From Candidatus Latescibacterota bacterium (GTDB lineage: Bacteria > Latescibacterota > UBA2968 > UBA8231): a stretch of 64,000 nucleotides of DNA. Below are positions 46,221 through 55,224 of this stretch, one piece after another. The notes under the pieces were generated by a model. The model was not told where the DNA came from and did no database searches. It saw only the letters and a program-made list of their open reading frames with translations. Made by a program: the position numbers and the translations under genes. Position 1 is the stretch's first letter; the number at the start of each line of letters is the position of its first letter. Where the stretch lies: the NCBI GenBank assembly GCA_965215195.1, contig CBDCDC010000002.1, positions 1,440,001 to 1,504,000 of the forward strand, read 5' to 3'.

Positions 46221-47329
46221 CTTGGTTGAAAATTCGCCCTAAAAAAGTAAAAGCCGGCTCTTTGCGAGTCGGCTTTTACTGTATATGCGTTGGCCTTGCG
46301 CTGCTGATAGCTTCCGGCGTCCGCGCCGAGCAACGCCTGCACATCGGCACGGATCCGCGCCTCGAACTGCTCATCGCGGTCCAACTCCTCAGCCAGTATC
46401 GCTATCTGACGCCCTATCGAGTGGAGTACGCACGCGACCTCATCACCCATTTCTCGCGCTATCCCCCCCAGCAGGCCGTCGCCCTTTTTCGCAGCCTGAG
46501 CTTGGACACAGGGTGGTCCGATGCCTACCCAACCGCCATGCTCTATCTGTCCGATCCTCCCGCACTAGAACCAACCCAACCCATTCCCCCCCACATCTAT
46601 CGCGCCTTCCGCGGCGAGGAAAACTTCACGCGCTTCGTCCACGCCTTGCGCAACTTTGCGCACCAGACCCAATTCAACCACTTCTTCGCCCGCAGCCAAA
46701 AGCTCTATCGCCTCCTCGAGGCTCGCCTCCGCGAAGAGCTGGCCGGTGCCGATCCCAGCGGCGAAGTAGAGGCCTATTTCGGCACCCGCCAAATCAGCTA
46801 CCACCTCGTCCTCAGCCCGCTCTTGCACCATGGAGGATTTGGCCCGCACATCGGCCGCCCGGGAGGGCCGTACGATGTCTATACCCTGCTCGGCCCCACA
46901 GAGGCCACGCACGGCCTACCCGAATACGGCCCCCGCGAGCAACTTTTGCAGATTATATGGCACGAGTTCAGCCACGCCTTCGTCAACCCCCTCAGCCAAG
47001 AGCACTATCCAATGCTGAGGCCCCATGCCGACTTATTCGCCCCACTGGCCGAACAGATGGCCGGCATCGGCTACACCAACTGGTTCGACTGCGCCAATGA
47101 ACACCTCATCCGCGCCGTCACCGCGCGCCTCGCCCACCATCACCTCGGCGCAGAAGCGGGTCGCCGGGCCCTGCGCGCAGAATCCGGACGCGGCTTCCGC
47201 TATGTCCACGCGCTAGCGCACCGCCTCGAAGAATACGAATCCCAGCGCGATCGCTACCCGACCTTTGCCGCCTTCTTCCCCCGCTTAATCACCGTCTTTG
47301 CCGATTTAGCGCACCAGTCGCCGGAATAG
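46217..47329 (+). CDS. DUF4932-like secreted protein with HExxH motif; start uncertain
   Basis: DPRLELL, WHEFSHAFVNP, NEHLIRAV, YESQRDRYPTF. Confidence 0.75.
   Translation: MTWLKIRPKKVKAGSLRVGFYCICVGLALLIASGVRAEQRLHIGTDPRLELLIAVQLLSQYRYLTPYRVEYARDLITHFSRYPPQQAVALFRSLSLDTGWSDAYPTAMLYLSDPPALEPTQPIPPHIYRAFRGEENFTRFVHALRNFAHQTQFNHFFARSQKLYRLLEARLREELAGADPSGEVEAYFGTRQISYHLVLSPLLHHGGFGPHIGRPGGPYDVYTLLGPTEATHGLPEYGPREQLLQIIWHEFSHAFVNPLSQEHYPMLRPHADLFAPLAEQMAGIGYTNWFDCANEHLIRAVTARLAHHHLGAEAGRRALRAESGRGFRYVHALAHRLEEYESQRDRYPTFAAFFPRLITVFADLAHQSPE
46246..46280. terminator. hairpin or terminator after the HU/IHF gene
   Basis: agtaaaagccggctc-tttgc-gagtcggcttttact. Confidence 0.65.
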
Positions 47330-48637
47330 ATCCTCCTGAGGCGGCACTGCGAGCAGTTCGTCCAGCGTCCCGCGCTCCAAGCCCTCGGCAATAACGGCAA
47401 AACTCTCCCGCACCACGGCCGCGGTCTGTTCGACCTCGGCCTCGCCGTGGGCGCAATTGAACATGAACCCAGTCGCCAAGATCGCGCCGCGGCGGGCGTT
47501 TTCCTGGATGAATAGCGTGTGGACCTTGGCGGCCGTCGCGGCATCCTCCGCGCCCAAGCGGATGCGGGGATGTGCGGCCACCCCCTCGCAGCTAGCGTCG
47601 AGCCCGACAGCCGCGGCCGCCGCGTCGATTTGCTCCTTAAAGAAGGTGCCGATGCGCTCGAAGTGGCCCACGGCGTCGCGGCGCTCCAACTCGCGCAAGG
47701 TCGCCAGCGAAGCCGCTACGCCGATGTTGTCGTCCCAATAGGCGCTGGAGATAAACATCTGCGCAGCCGGGGCCATAAACTCCCGCTTGCCGACCACCGC
47801 GCCCATTGGATAGCCGTTGGAGATGGCCTTGGCAAAAACGGACATATCCGGCGTCACGCCCGTGTATTCCTGGGCGCTGCCCAAGGCTACGCGAAACCCA
47901 GACGACACCTCGTCGAAGATGAGCACCACCCCGTAGCGCGACGCCAACTCCCGCACCTTTTCGAGATAGCCCGGCGGCGGCTCATCCGAGCGCATCGGCT
48001 CCATGATGATACAGGCCAACTCGCCGGCGTGCGCTTCGAGCAGGGCGGTGAGTTCATCGCCATCGCCATAGGTAAAGGGCAGGGCCGTGCCCTCCAAGCA
48101 GCGGGGTACGCCAATCGGCTCAATGCCATTAAAAAGATGAGCGGCCAGCCGCTCGGCCCCGATGTTGGCGGCCTGATACCAGTCGTGCCAGCCGTGGTAG
48201 CCGCAAAACAACACCTTGTCGCGGCCGGTGACCCCGCGTGCGATCCGCACCGCAATGGTGCAGGCCTCGCCCCCGCCCTTGCAGTAGCGCACCATTTCCG
48301 CCGAGGGCACAATCCGCACCAACTCTTCGGCCAGCTCCACGGCCGACTCCTGCACAATGCTGTAGATCGCGCCCCGGTCGATCTGGGCGCGCACCGCGGC
48401 ATCGACGACCTCGTCGGCATAGCCCAAGATCACCGGCCCCACCGCGCTGGTCCAATCGATGTATTCGTTGCCATCCACGTCCCAGATGCGGCAGCCTTTG
48501 GCGCGCTCGGCGTAGATGGGGCTGACCCCGAGCGCGGCCCGAGTTGGGCGGCGGCTGATGAGCTGGGTGGTGCCGGGGATGAGCGCGTTGGCGCGCTCGT
48601 AGATTTGCAATGAGCGGCGCACCGAGTGTTCTCGCAT
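47306..48637 (-). CDS. class III aminotransferase (glutamate-1-semialdehyde aminomutase-like)
   Basis: WDVDGNEYID, GYHGWHDW, FDEVSSGFR, FAKAISNGYP. Confidence 0.9.
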   Translation of the reverse strand: MREHSVRRSLQIYERANALIPGTTQLISRRPTRAALGVSPIYAERAKGCRIWDVDGNEYIDWTSAVGPVILGYADEVVDAAVRAQIDRGAIYSIVQESAVELAEELVRIVPSAEMVRYCKGGGEACTIAVRIARGVTGRDKVLFCGYHGWHDWYQAANIGAERLAAHLFNGIEPIGVPRCLEGTALPFTYGDGDELTALLEAHAGELACIIMEPMRSDEPPPGYLEKVRELASRYGVVLIFDEVSSGFRVALGSAQEYTGVTPDMSVFAKAISNGYPMGAVVGKREFMAPAAQMFISSAYWDDNIGVAASLATLRELERRDAVGHFERIGTFFKEQIDAAAAAVGLDASCEGVAAHPRIRLGAEDAATAAKVHTLFIQENARRGAILATGFMFNCAHGEAEVEQTAAVVRESFAVIAEGLERGTLDELLAVPPQEDLFRRLVR

Positions 48638-48813
48638 GACACAGGCTCCTTCTACCGCCCGCTGCGGAGCGGGTTCTCGGGTGAAAAAGGCGTTTGGGGC
48701 GCGTTGGCCACGCCCAGCCCGAATTTCTCGCCGGTAGGGGTGGTTAGAATTTGACAGCCCGTTTAAGCCCCTCTTTTTTCTTGGTCCAACCTCATACCCC
48801 AATGGAGCTCATC

Positions 48814-49416
48814 ATGCAACGCGCCTTGCCTCTTCTCGCCCTCTTGCTAGCGCTGCCGCTCGCCGCCCACGCCTTTGATGACAGACGCGAGGGCTTTTTG
48901 TTCGGTTTGAGCTTTGGGCCGAGCTACCAGTCCATTGAGCAGGAGTGGCTCATCGGCGATGAGACCTCCCGGCGCGAGGACAGCGATCCGACCTTCGGGA
49001 CCGCCCTTCAGTTCGGCTACGGCCTCACCAACCACCTCGTCTTAGGCTGGGTCTTGGGCTTGGGCAGCGAAACCGACGACGGCGACATCAAGCTCCGCGG
49101 CACCGAGGTCGAAAGGGGCAACACCAGCTTTGAGATCGACGGCTTTAGCGCGACCTATTTCTTCAAAAAACGCGCCCCATCGCCCTTTGTCGAAGCCGTC
49201 ATCGGCACCGCACACTGGGACGACGGGGGCGACAACGCCCTCGACGGCCTCGGGCTGGCCGGGAGCATTGGCTACGAGGTGCGCAAGCACTGGATGGTCA
49301 AGGGGACCGTCGGCTGGGGTACGCCAAGCGCCGAGGCCACAATCGACGACGAAGTGGTCAAAGCCGACGTCACGGGCTTGGTCGTCGCTTTCAACGTCAG
49401 CTATCTCTGGTACTGA
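48814..49416 (+). CDS. outer membrane beta-barrel protein
   Basis: Signal peptide; amphipathic strands; aromatic C-terminus SYLWY. Confidence 0.75.
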   Translation: MQRALPLLALLLALPLAAHAFDDRREGFLFGLSFGPSYQSIEQEWLIGDETSRREDSDPTFGTALQFGYGLTNHLVLGWVLGLGSETDDGDIKLRGTEVERGNTSFEIDGFSATYFFKKRAPSPFVEAVIGTAHWDDGGDNALDGLGLAGSIGYEVRKHWMVKGTVGWGTPSAEATIDDEVVKADVTGLVVAFNVSYLWY

Positions 49417-49463
49417 AGAGAGTGCGCGGCGAGCTTCAGCGCGGTCGCCGGGGAAATAGTCGA

Positions 49464-49970
49464 TCAAGTGCGTCTGCCTGAGTTACTGCTATGGCCGAGT
49501 ATCTGGTCGGTAATTATTCCAAGGTCGCTTCTGCTGCCTCGCTTCTCTTCGTCGAGTTCTCGCAGTTCGTCAATCGACCAGGGCGCAAGCACCTCGAGGA
49601 CGATAGGGAAGGCATCTCTGCGGGATCGAATCTTCGAAGTTGGAATGTCCCTGTATTCTAAGAACCGTTTGACTTCCCGAAGCTCGGGCAGAAATTCCTT
49701 GTTCTCGTAAGCACGGGCGAGTTTCTCCAAAAGATGTGCAACATCGGGATTGGCCGGGTTGACCTCCCGGAGCATCTCCTCGATGCTCTTCTCGGTTCGG
49801 CGCTGTGCTTTGCTCCGCTTGGCACCATTCTCGTAATCCTCAATCCCGGCCTTGATTGCGGGGAGATCGGTGTTTCCAATTCCCGAGAGAGCTTTAGCAA
49901 CCTTCGTTTTTCCGTACCGTGCGATCAACAGCCGGAGCTCGAGATCGAGAAGTGTCTGGTTTCGGTTCAT
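49464..49970 (-). CDS. hypothetical protein, partner of the ParA-like ATPase
   Basis: 168-aa lower-GC ORF 4 nt downstream of parA. Confidence 0.7.
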   Translation of the reverse strand: MNRNQTLLDLELRLLIARYGKTKVAKALSGIGNTDLPAIKAGIEDYENGAKRSKAQRRTEKSIEEMLREVNPANPDVAHLLEKLARAYENKEFLPELREVKRFLEYRDIPTSKIRSRRDAFPIVLEVLAPWSIDELRELDEEKRGSRSDLGIITDQILGHSSNSGRRT

Positions 49971-49974
49971 AGGA

Positions 49975-50817
49975 CTATCCCCTGATGTTCAGCCTCTCGA
50001 AAATTTCTTCCTTAAATGTATTGAATTCTCTAGTGACCTCAGAACGGGCGTAGGGTGTCCTGCTAAGAGAGGTCCCTTCACGCGCCGCCCTCGCATAGGA
50101 TGCCGAATAACTCAGTTGCTTGTTGAAAATATGCCAGCCATGTTCCCGCGCTATTTCTCGGACTTCCTTAACTGACTGCCGCCCTTCAGGTCCTTCTGAG
50201 TATTTGGAAGAGTGATTGAAAACGAGGCCGGCGATTTCAACTTCGTGGTCTTCGTTCTCAAGCCGAAATTCTTGTATGGAGCGTGCAAGCAAAGGCAGGC
50301 CGATTGTAGCCATGAACTCCGGTTTCACCGGGACGATTACGTATCGGCTTGCGAAATAGGCTGCGTCTGTCAGAATCGACTCCGTCGGAGCACAGTCAAT
50401 GAGAATGAGATCGTATTGGTCGCTGATCCGCGATAGAGCTTTTGCGAGTCGTCGTTCTTTTCCTGTCGGGTTTTTGAGAGTCCGGCTCAGTTCGAGGCGA
50501 GAGGGGATAAGGTCCAAGCTGCTATTGACCCTCCGTACAATCACCTCGTCAAGATCGATAGGACGGGGAGACCCGCTAGCCCCTCCGGCAGGTATATAAT
50601 CTTCAAATATCTGTACGATAGCGGGACGATTGTCTCGTAAATGACGTACATACTTACGAACCCCCATCACGGCTTGGCTCAAATTCGCCTGCGGATCTAG
50701 GTCTATAGCCAAGACCTTCAGGCTATCCCGGACGGCAGCCTGCGCCAACTGTGACGCGATCGTCGTCTTGCCGACCCCGCCCTTCATATTGATAAGACTA
50801 ACTGTTACTGCTGCCAC
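49975..50817 (-). CDS. ParA/Soj family ATPase (orphan)
   Basis: NMKGGVGKTT, IDLDPQAN, IDCAP; GTG start. Confidence 0.9.
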   Translation of the reverse strand: MAAVTVSLINMKGGVGKTTIASQLAQAAVRDSLKVLAIDLDPQANLSQAVMGVRKYVRHLRDNRPAIVQIFEDYIPAGGASGSPRPIDLDEVIVRRVNSSLDLIPSRLELSRTLKNPTGKERRLAKALSRISDQYDLILIDCAPTESILTDAAYFASRYVIVPVKPEFMATIGLPLLARSIQEFRLENEDHEVEIAGLVFNHSSKYSEGPEGRQSVKEVREIAREHGWHIFNKQLSYSASYARAAREGTSLSRTPYARSEVTREFNTFKEEIFERLNIRG

Positions 50818-50885
50818 AAGTGATTTTTCCTTTCGCTTCGGCTCTACGGCCGATTGAGTTTCTCCGTCTTCAATTTTTTCTAACC

Positions 50886-50923
50886 AAGACGTCCCGCCGG
50901 AATCCCTTCCGCCGGGACGTCTT
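50886..50923 (-). terminator. GC-rich hairpin downstream of the aldolase gene
   Basis: aagacgtcccg...cgggacgtctt. Confidence 0.45.
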
Positions 50924-50950
50924 GCCGCCGCTTGCACTAGGCCGTCAGGC

Positions 50951-51943
50951 TCACTCCTGCTCTTCCATCTGGTCGTAGAACTGGACGATCTTGCCCCGAT
51001 CCTTGGAGGCGTTGAAGGCCATGCCGGCCCGCGGGTGCTGGTTGAGCAGGCCGGTGATCATGTAGGGATAGTCGTAGCCCCACAGCAGCTTAGAGCGCAG
51101 CGGCTCAATGTGCTGCTCAATGCACTTGAGCACTGGGCGCAAGCGAAATTTCGGGTTGTGCAAAAAGCCCAGCAAAAGCTCCATCTGGCAATTGCCGGCG
51201 CCGCGGCCCAAGCCGGCAAAACTCGCGTCCGCGCAATTGGCCCCCAACACCACGGCTTCGATGGTATTGGCAAAGGCCAGTTGCCGATTGTTGTGAGCGT
51301 GGATCCCGACCTCGATCGGGGTGCCCTCGCAGTATTCGCGAAACGTGTTGCACAGCGCGCGGACCTGCTCGCTATAGAGCGAGCCAAAACTATCGACCAC
51401 GTACACAGCCCCCACGTCCGAGCGCACCAGCATCTCCAGCGCGCTCTTGACCTCGGACTCCGGCACGGTGGAAACGGCCATTAAGTTTAGGGTCGTCTCA
51501 TAGCCCTTGTCGCCGGCGTCCTTGACCATGTCCAAGGCCAGCGGCATCTGGTGGATATAGGTGGCCACGCGGATCATGTCCAATGCGCTTTCAGACGCCG
51601 GGAGAATGTCCGTCTTGTAATCGCTTTTTTCGGCGTCGGCCATGGCCGCCAACTTCAGCGGGGTGTCGTTGTCGCCGACGATGCGGCGGATGTCCTCCTC
51701 GCGGCAGTGCTTCCACGGCCCAAACTCGCCGGGCGGAAACTGCTCCCGCGAGTTGATGTAGCCGATTTCCATGTAGTCGATCCCGGCCTCAACGCAGGAC
51801 TCGTACACGCCGCGGACTACGTCGTCGGCAAACTGGTGGTCGTTCATCAGGCCGCCATCGCGGATCGTGACATCAACGACCTTGATTTCCTCCCGATACC
51901 CGAGCCAATTGTCGGCCCAAGTCGCTCGGTTTTCCTCGCTCAT
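50951..51943 (-). CDS. HMGL-like (DRE-TIM) aldolase domain protein
   Basis: DVTIRDGG, VDSFG, HAHNN, GLGRGAGN. Confidence 0.88.
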   Translation of the reverse strand: MSEENRATWADNWLGYREEIKVVDVTIRDGGLMNDHQFADDVVRGVYESCVEAGIDYMEIGYINSREQFPPGEFGPWKHCREEDIRRIVGDNDTPLKLAAMADAEKSDYKTDILPASESALDMIRVATYIHQMPLALDMVKDAGDKGYETTLNLMAVSTVPESEVKSALEMLVRSDVGAVYVVDSFGSLYSEQVRALCNTFREYCEGTPIEVGIHAHNNRQLAFANTIEAVVLGANCADASFAGLGRGAGNCQMELLLGFLHNPKFRLRPVLKCIEQHIEPLRSKLLWGYDYPYMITGLLNQHPRAGMAFNASKDRGKIVQFYDQMEEQE

Positions 51944-52037
51944 TACTCGCTCCTGTTTGTGTTGTAACTCAAGTATTGTCGAAAGGATATATACTGCGGC
52001 ACAACCGGCACAAGGTCAACGACAAAGCAGTGAATTC

Positions 52038-53114
52038 TCAGGCTTCCTCTACGGTTATGGCGCTTAGCTTGTCCGCGTCGATCTCCACGCCCAAACCCGG
52101 CCCTGCAAACGGGTACAAGTAGCTGCCCTCGGCCCGCACCCTTTCCACGGCCGGCGAAGCCGTGTACAGCACCGGCCCCATTGGGTCGCAGGGCAAGTTG
52201 GTGTTGGGCATGGCAATGCCGACGCTGACCTGCGCCGACACCCCCAGCGTCGATTCTTGGTCGGTGCCGATCAGGCAGCGGAACCCGGCCGCTTCCGCGA
52301 GGGCAAAAAGTCGGCGGATATGGGTCGGACCGCCGCAGACGCAGGCCACGTTAAAGGCCGTGCAGGCCCTTTTTTCAATGGCTTCCATGCCCAACTCCAA
52401 GCTGTTGATGTGCCAGCTCACCGGCAGGTCAACGCGCCGCACAAATTCGGCCGAGACCCGCAGACTGCGCGAGGGCTGCTCAAAGTGATAGGGCGCGTGG
52501 TGGCGCAGGACATCGGCGTAGCGGACGGCCGTTTCCCAATCGGCGAAGCGGCCGGAAAAGTCGATGGACTTGAGCTTGAGCCGGTCGTCAAAGCGGCGTT
52601 TGGCCTCGCCGAGGAAGCGGTCGTCGAGCGCACTGTCGCCCGACACATAGTAGCGAAACAGGTGATGGCCCAAGTCGAGCAGCCGCTGGAGATAGCCCAG
52701 CGTGCGCTCGAAGTCGTCTTTTACCTGCCAGCCAAAGATCGGATAGCAGCAATAGAGCCTCTCCCGCATCTTGCCGCCCAACAGCCGATAGGCCGGCACC
52801 CCTTGGGCCTTGCCGTTGAGATCGTAGAGCGCCAGATCAATGGCCGAGGCGAGGTGGAGGTCGGTCACCGAGCTGTGGAAGGCGTGGCCGCGCAACAGCT
52901 CGTTGATCTCGGTAATGGCCCCGGCGTCCCGCCCCACCAACAGCTCGTTGTACTGCCGGGCAATGGCCGCCAAATCCTCGGCGCGACTGTCGGACGCCTC
53001 GCCCCAGCCCATCGGGCCGTCATCGACAAAGACCTTGACCAGCACGTGCCCGGAGATGTGGCCGTAGTAGCGCGGGGTCTCTATCTGCATGGTTTCTACT
53101 TTGGTGATTTTCAC
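52038..53114 (-). CDS. mandelate racemase/muconate lactonizing enzyme family protein
   Basis: MKITKVE, GWGEA, AIDLALYDLNGK, FEQP, GPGLGVEID. Confidence 0.88.
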   Translation of the reverse strand: MKITKVETMQIETPRYYGHISGHVLVKVFVDDGPMGWGEASDSRAEDLAAIARQYNELLVGRDAGAITEINELLRGHAFHSSVTDLHLASAIDLALYDLNGKAQGVPAYRLLGGKMRERLYCCYPIFGWQVKDDFERTLGYLQRLLDLGHHLFRYYVSGDSALDDRFLGEAKRRFDDRLKLKSIDFSGRFADWETAVRYADVLRHHAPYHFEQPSRSLRVSAEFVRRVDLPVSWHINSLELGMEAIEKRACTAFNVACVCGGPTHIRRLFALAEAAGFRCLIGTDQESTLGVSAQVSVGIAMPNTNLPCDPMGPVLYTASPAVERVRAEGSYLYPFAGPGLGVEIDADKLSAITVEEA

Positions 53115-53225
53115 GCCTTGCTCCTTTGCAAGCGGTGGTTGGGCTATTCGTCCTCAGCTAAAAAAGGCCGTGCTGGCGCATCAGCTCGTCCGCCCGCCGG
53201 AGCGAGATACTCGCTTGGCCGTTCA

Positions 53226-54638
53226 TCAGTACAGCATCTCCCGGTAGCTCTGCGCGATCTTCTCGATCGCCACGACGTACGCGGCGGTGCGCAGGTCGCG
53301 CACCTCGTCCTGACTCAAAAACACCTCGCGCATCTCGTTGTACGCTTGCCGCATGGTGTCGTCCAAGCCAGATCGCACCAAGTCCAGCTCATCGGCGCCG
53401 CGCACCAGATCCTGCCGCAGGGTTTCTGGAAGGGGTTTGCCGACCGCCGTCTCAATGGCCTCGACGATGCGCTGTCCGCGCTGCTCGTCGATGCGGCGGT
53501 CCATGCGGCCAAAGCGGATGTGGGACAGGTTCTTGATCCATTCGAAGTAGGAGACCACCACGCCCCCCGCGTTTAGGTAAGCGTCCGGAATGATCACCTT
53601 GCCGCGATCGCGCAGGATTGCGTCCGCCTCAAAAGTGACCGGACCGTTGGCGGCCTCGGCGATCAGCCGCGCTTGGATGCGCTCGGCGTTTTCAGTGGTA
53701 ATCACCGACTCAATGGCCGCCGGGATCAGGATGTCGCAGTCGGCTTCGAGCAGAGCGCTGCCGTCCTCCACGAACTCGGAGTCCCGAAAGCCCGCGCCGC
53801 CGCCCTTTTCGCGGCGATGGGTGGCGAGCTCCTCAATGTTGAGCCCGTCCTCACACACCACGGCCCCCTCGCGCTCGATCAGGGCGACCACCCTCGCGCC
53901 ATCCTCTTCGGACAGGAATTTCGCAGCGTGGTACCCGACGTTGCCCAAGCCCTGGATGATTACGCGCTTGCCCTCCAAGTCTCCATCCATTCCGGCCTTC
54001 CGCACATCTTCTGGATGGCGGAAAAATTCCCGCAGGGCGTACTGCACCCCGCGCCCGGTCGCCTCGGTGCGGCCGTGGATTCCGCTCATGTGAACGGGCT
54101 TGCCGGTGACACAAGCGACGGCGTTGATGTCGTTGGGATACAGGGCGCGGTAGGCATCTGCGATCCACGCCATCTCGCGTGCGCCCGTGCCCATGTCGGG
54201 AGCCGGCACATTGAGGCTGGGGCTGATGTAGCCTTTCTTCGCCAGCTCCATTGTGAACTCACGAGTGATCAGCTCGAGCTCGGCGGCGTCGTAGTCGTGC
54301 GGATCGATCTGCAGGGCCCCCTTAGAGCCCCCGTACGGGACGTCGATGATGGCGCACTTGTAGGTCATCAGGGCGGCGAGGGCCTCAACCTCGTCTTGGT
54401 CGGCGATCGGCGCATAGCGGATGCCGCCTTTCACTGGCAGGCGGTGCTCGCTGTGGACGGCGCGCCAGCCGGTGAAGACCCGAAACCCGCCCCGTATGTG
54501 AACGGGGAAGCTGACTTGGAACACCGAGTGGCACGTCCTGATCTGGTCGACGAGTCCCGGCTCGAGCTCCATCGTGGCGGCGGCCGCCTCAAACATCCGG
54601 TCGACGCTGCCTTTGAACGACTTTCTTGGCTCTTTCAA
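53226..54638 (-). CDS. gdhA: Glu/Leu/Phe/Val dehydrogenase, probably glutamate dehydrogenase
   Basis: KGGIRY, MTYKCA, PAPDMGT, GRTEATGRG, QGLGNVG, NAGGVVVSYFEW; TTG start inferred. Confidence 0.92.
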   Translation of the reverse strand: MKEPRKSFKGSVDRMFEAAAATMELEPGLVDQIRTCHSVFQVSFPVHIRGGFRVFTGWRAVHSEHRLPVKGGIRYAPIADQDEVEALAALMTYKCAIIDVPYGGSKGALQIDPHDYDAAELELITREFTMELAKKGYISPSLNVPAPDMGTGAREMAWIADAYRALYPNDINAVACVTGKPVHMSGIHGRTEATGRGVQYALREFFRHPEDVRKAGMDGDLEGKRVIIQGLGNVGYHAAKFLSEEDGARVVALIEREGAVVCEDGLNIEELATHRREKGGGAGFRDSEFVEDGSALLEADCDILIPAAIESVITTENAERIQARLIAEAANGPVTFEADAILRDRGKVIIPDAYLNAGGVVVSYFEWIKNLSHIRFGRMDRRIDEQRGQRIVEAIETAVGKPLPETLRQDLVRGADELDLVRSGLDDTMRQAYNEMREVFLSQDEVRDLRTAAYVVAIEKIAQSYREMLY

Positions 54639-54873
54639 ACTAGACCTCGCAGCGACCCTTTTTTGTGCATCTCTCCAACCTCTACTCTTCAATGATGGCC
54701 AGAGTTCGATTTCTCCATGCCGCGTAATATATGGACACCGCGCCGCGCCAAACAAGCACAGCGTACTGGCCTGACGCGCGTTTTCTCAACCACGCGCTCC
54801 GCAGCGGAAACGGCCTCCGACGATGGCTCGAAAGGCGACCCTGACCGCTGAACTCATCGAAGCCCCCATCCTC

Positions 54874-55019
54874 GTTTGACACGACACTAAGGTTTCCGCC
54901 GGGTACGCGGGCAGCTTGCCCGCCAACAGGGACTATTGTTTATCAAATTTATCCATTTTTACGTAATTCAATTTCGCATTCAAGTACGAACGTACCCACA
55001 GGAGGTGTCGCATACTTAG
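54874..55019. mobile_element. degenerate MITE-like element carrying a REP-like repeat (54894-54946)
   Basis: Ends acacgacacta and ggtgtcgcatacttag resemble the TIRs of the 26449 MITE; no target duplication found. Confidence 0.45.
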
Positions 55020-55224
55020 ACACGTCGTCTTGGCGTCGTCCACGACACAATGTCGCTACAAGCTATGATCGACAATGAAGGAGTCGAGGCGACAGCAGCT
55101 CAGCTCTTTGCGCGTTTGGAATGAGCGGCTCAATTGCAGGGGATTGATGCGTCGGCTTTTGAGCGGGCGATTTCCACGCTGCCCAGCGCTGCGAGCAGCT
55201 CGTCGATTTTGTCGCCTCAATCCC

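Noticed and set aside
46285-46300. Frameshifted start (ATG 46285) for the DUF4932-like gene
   Set aside because: ATG 46217 overlaps the HU/IHF stop and gives a plausible in-frame signal peptide, so no frameshift is needed.
52257-53576. Long antisense ORFs (this one, 53673-54695, 55675-56844, 47519-48613, 62479-63315 and others)
   Set aside because: They are shadow frames of well-supported genes in high-GC DNA and carry no motifs.
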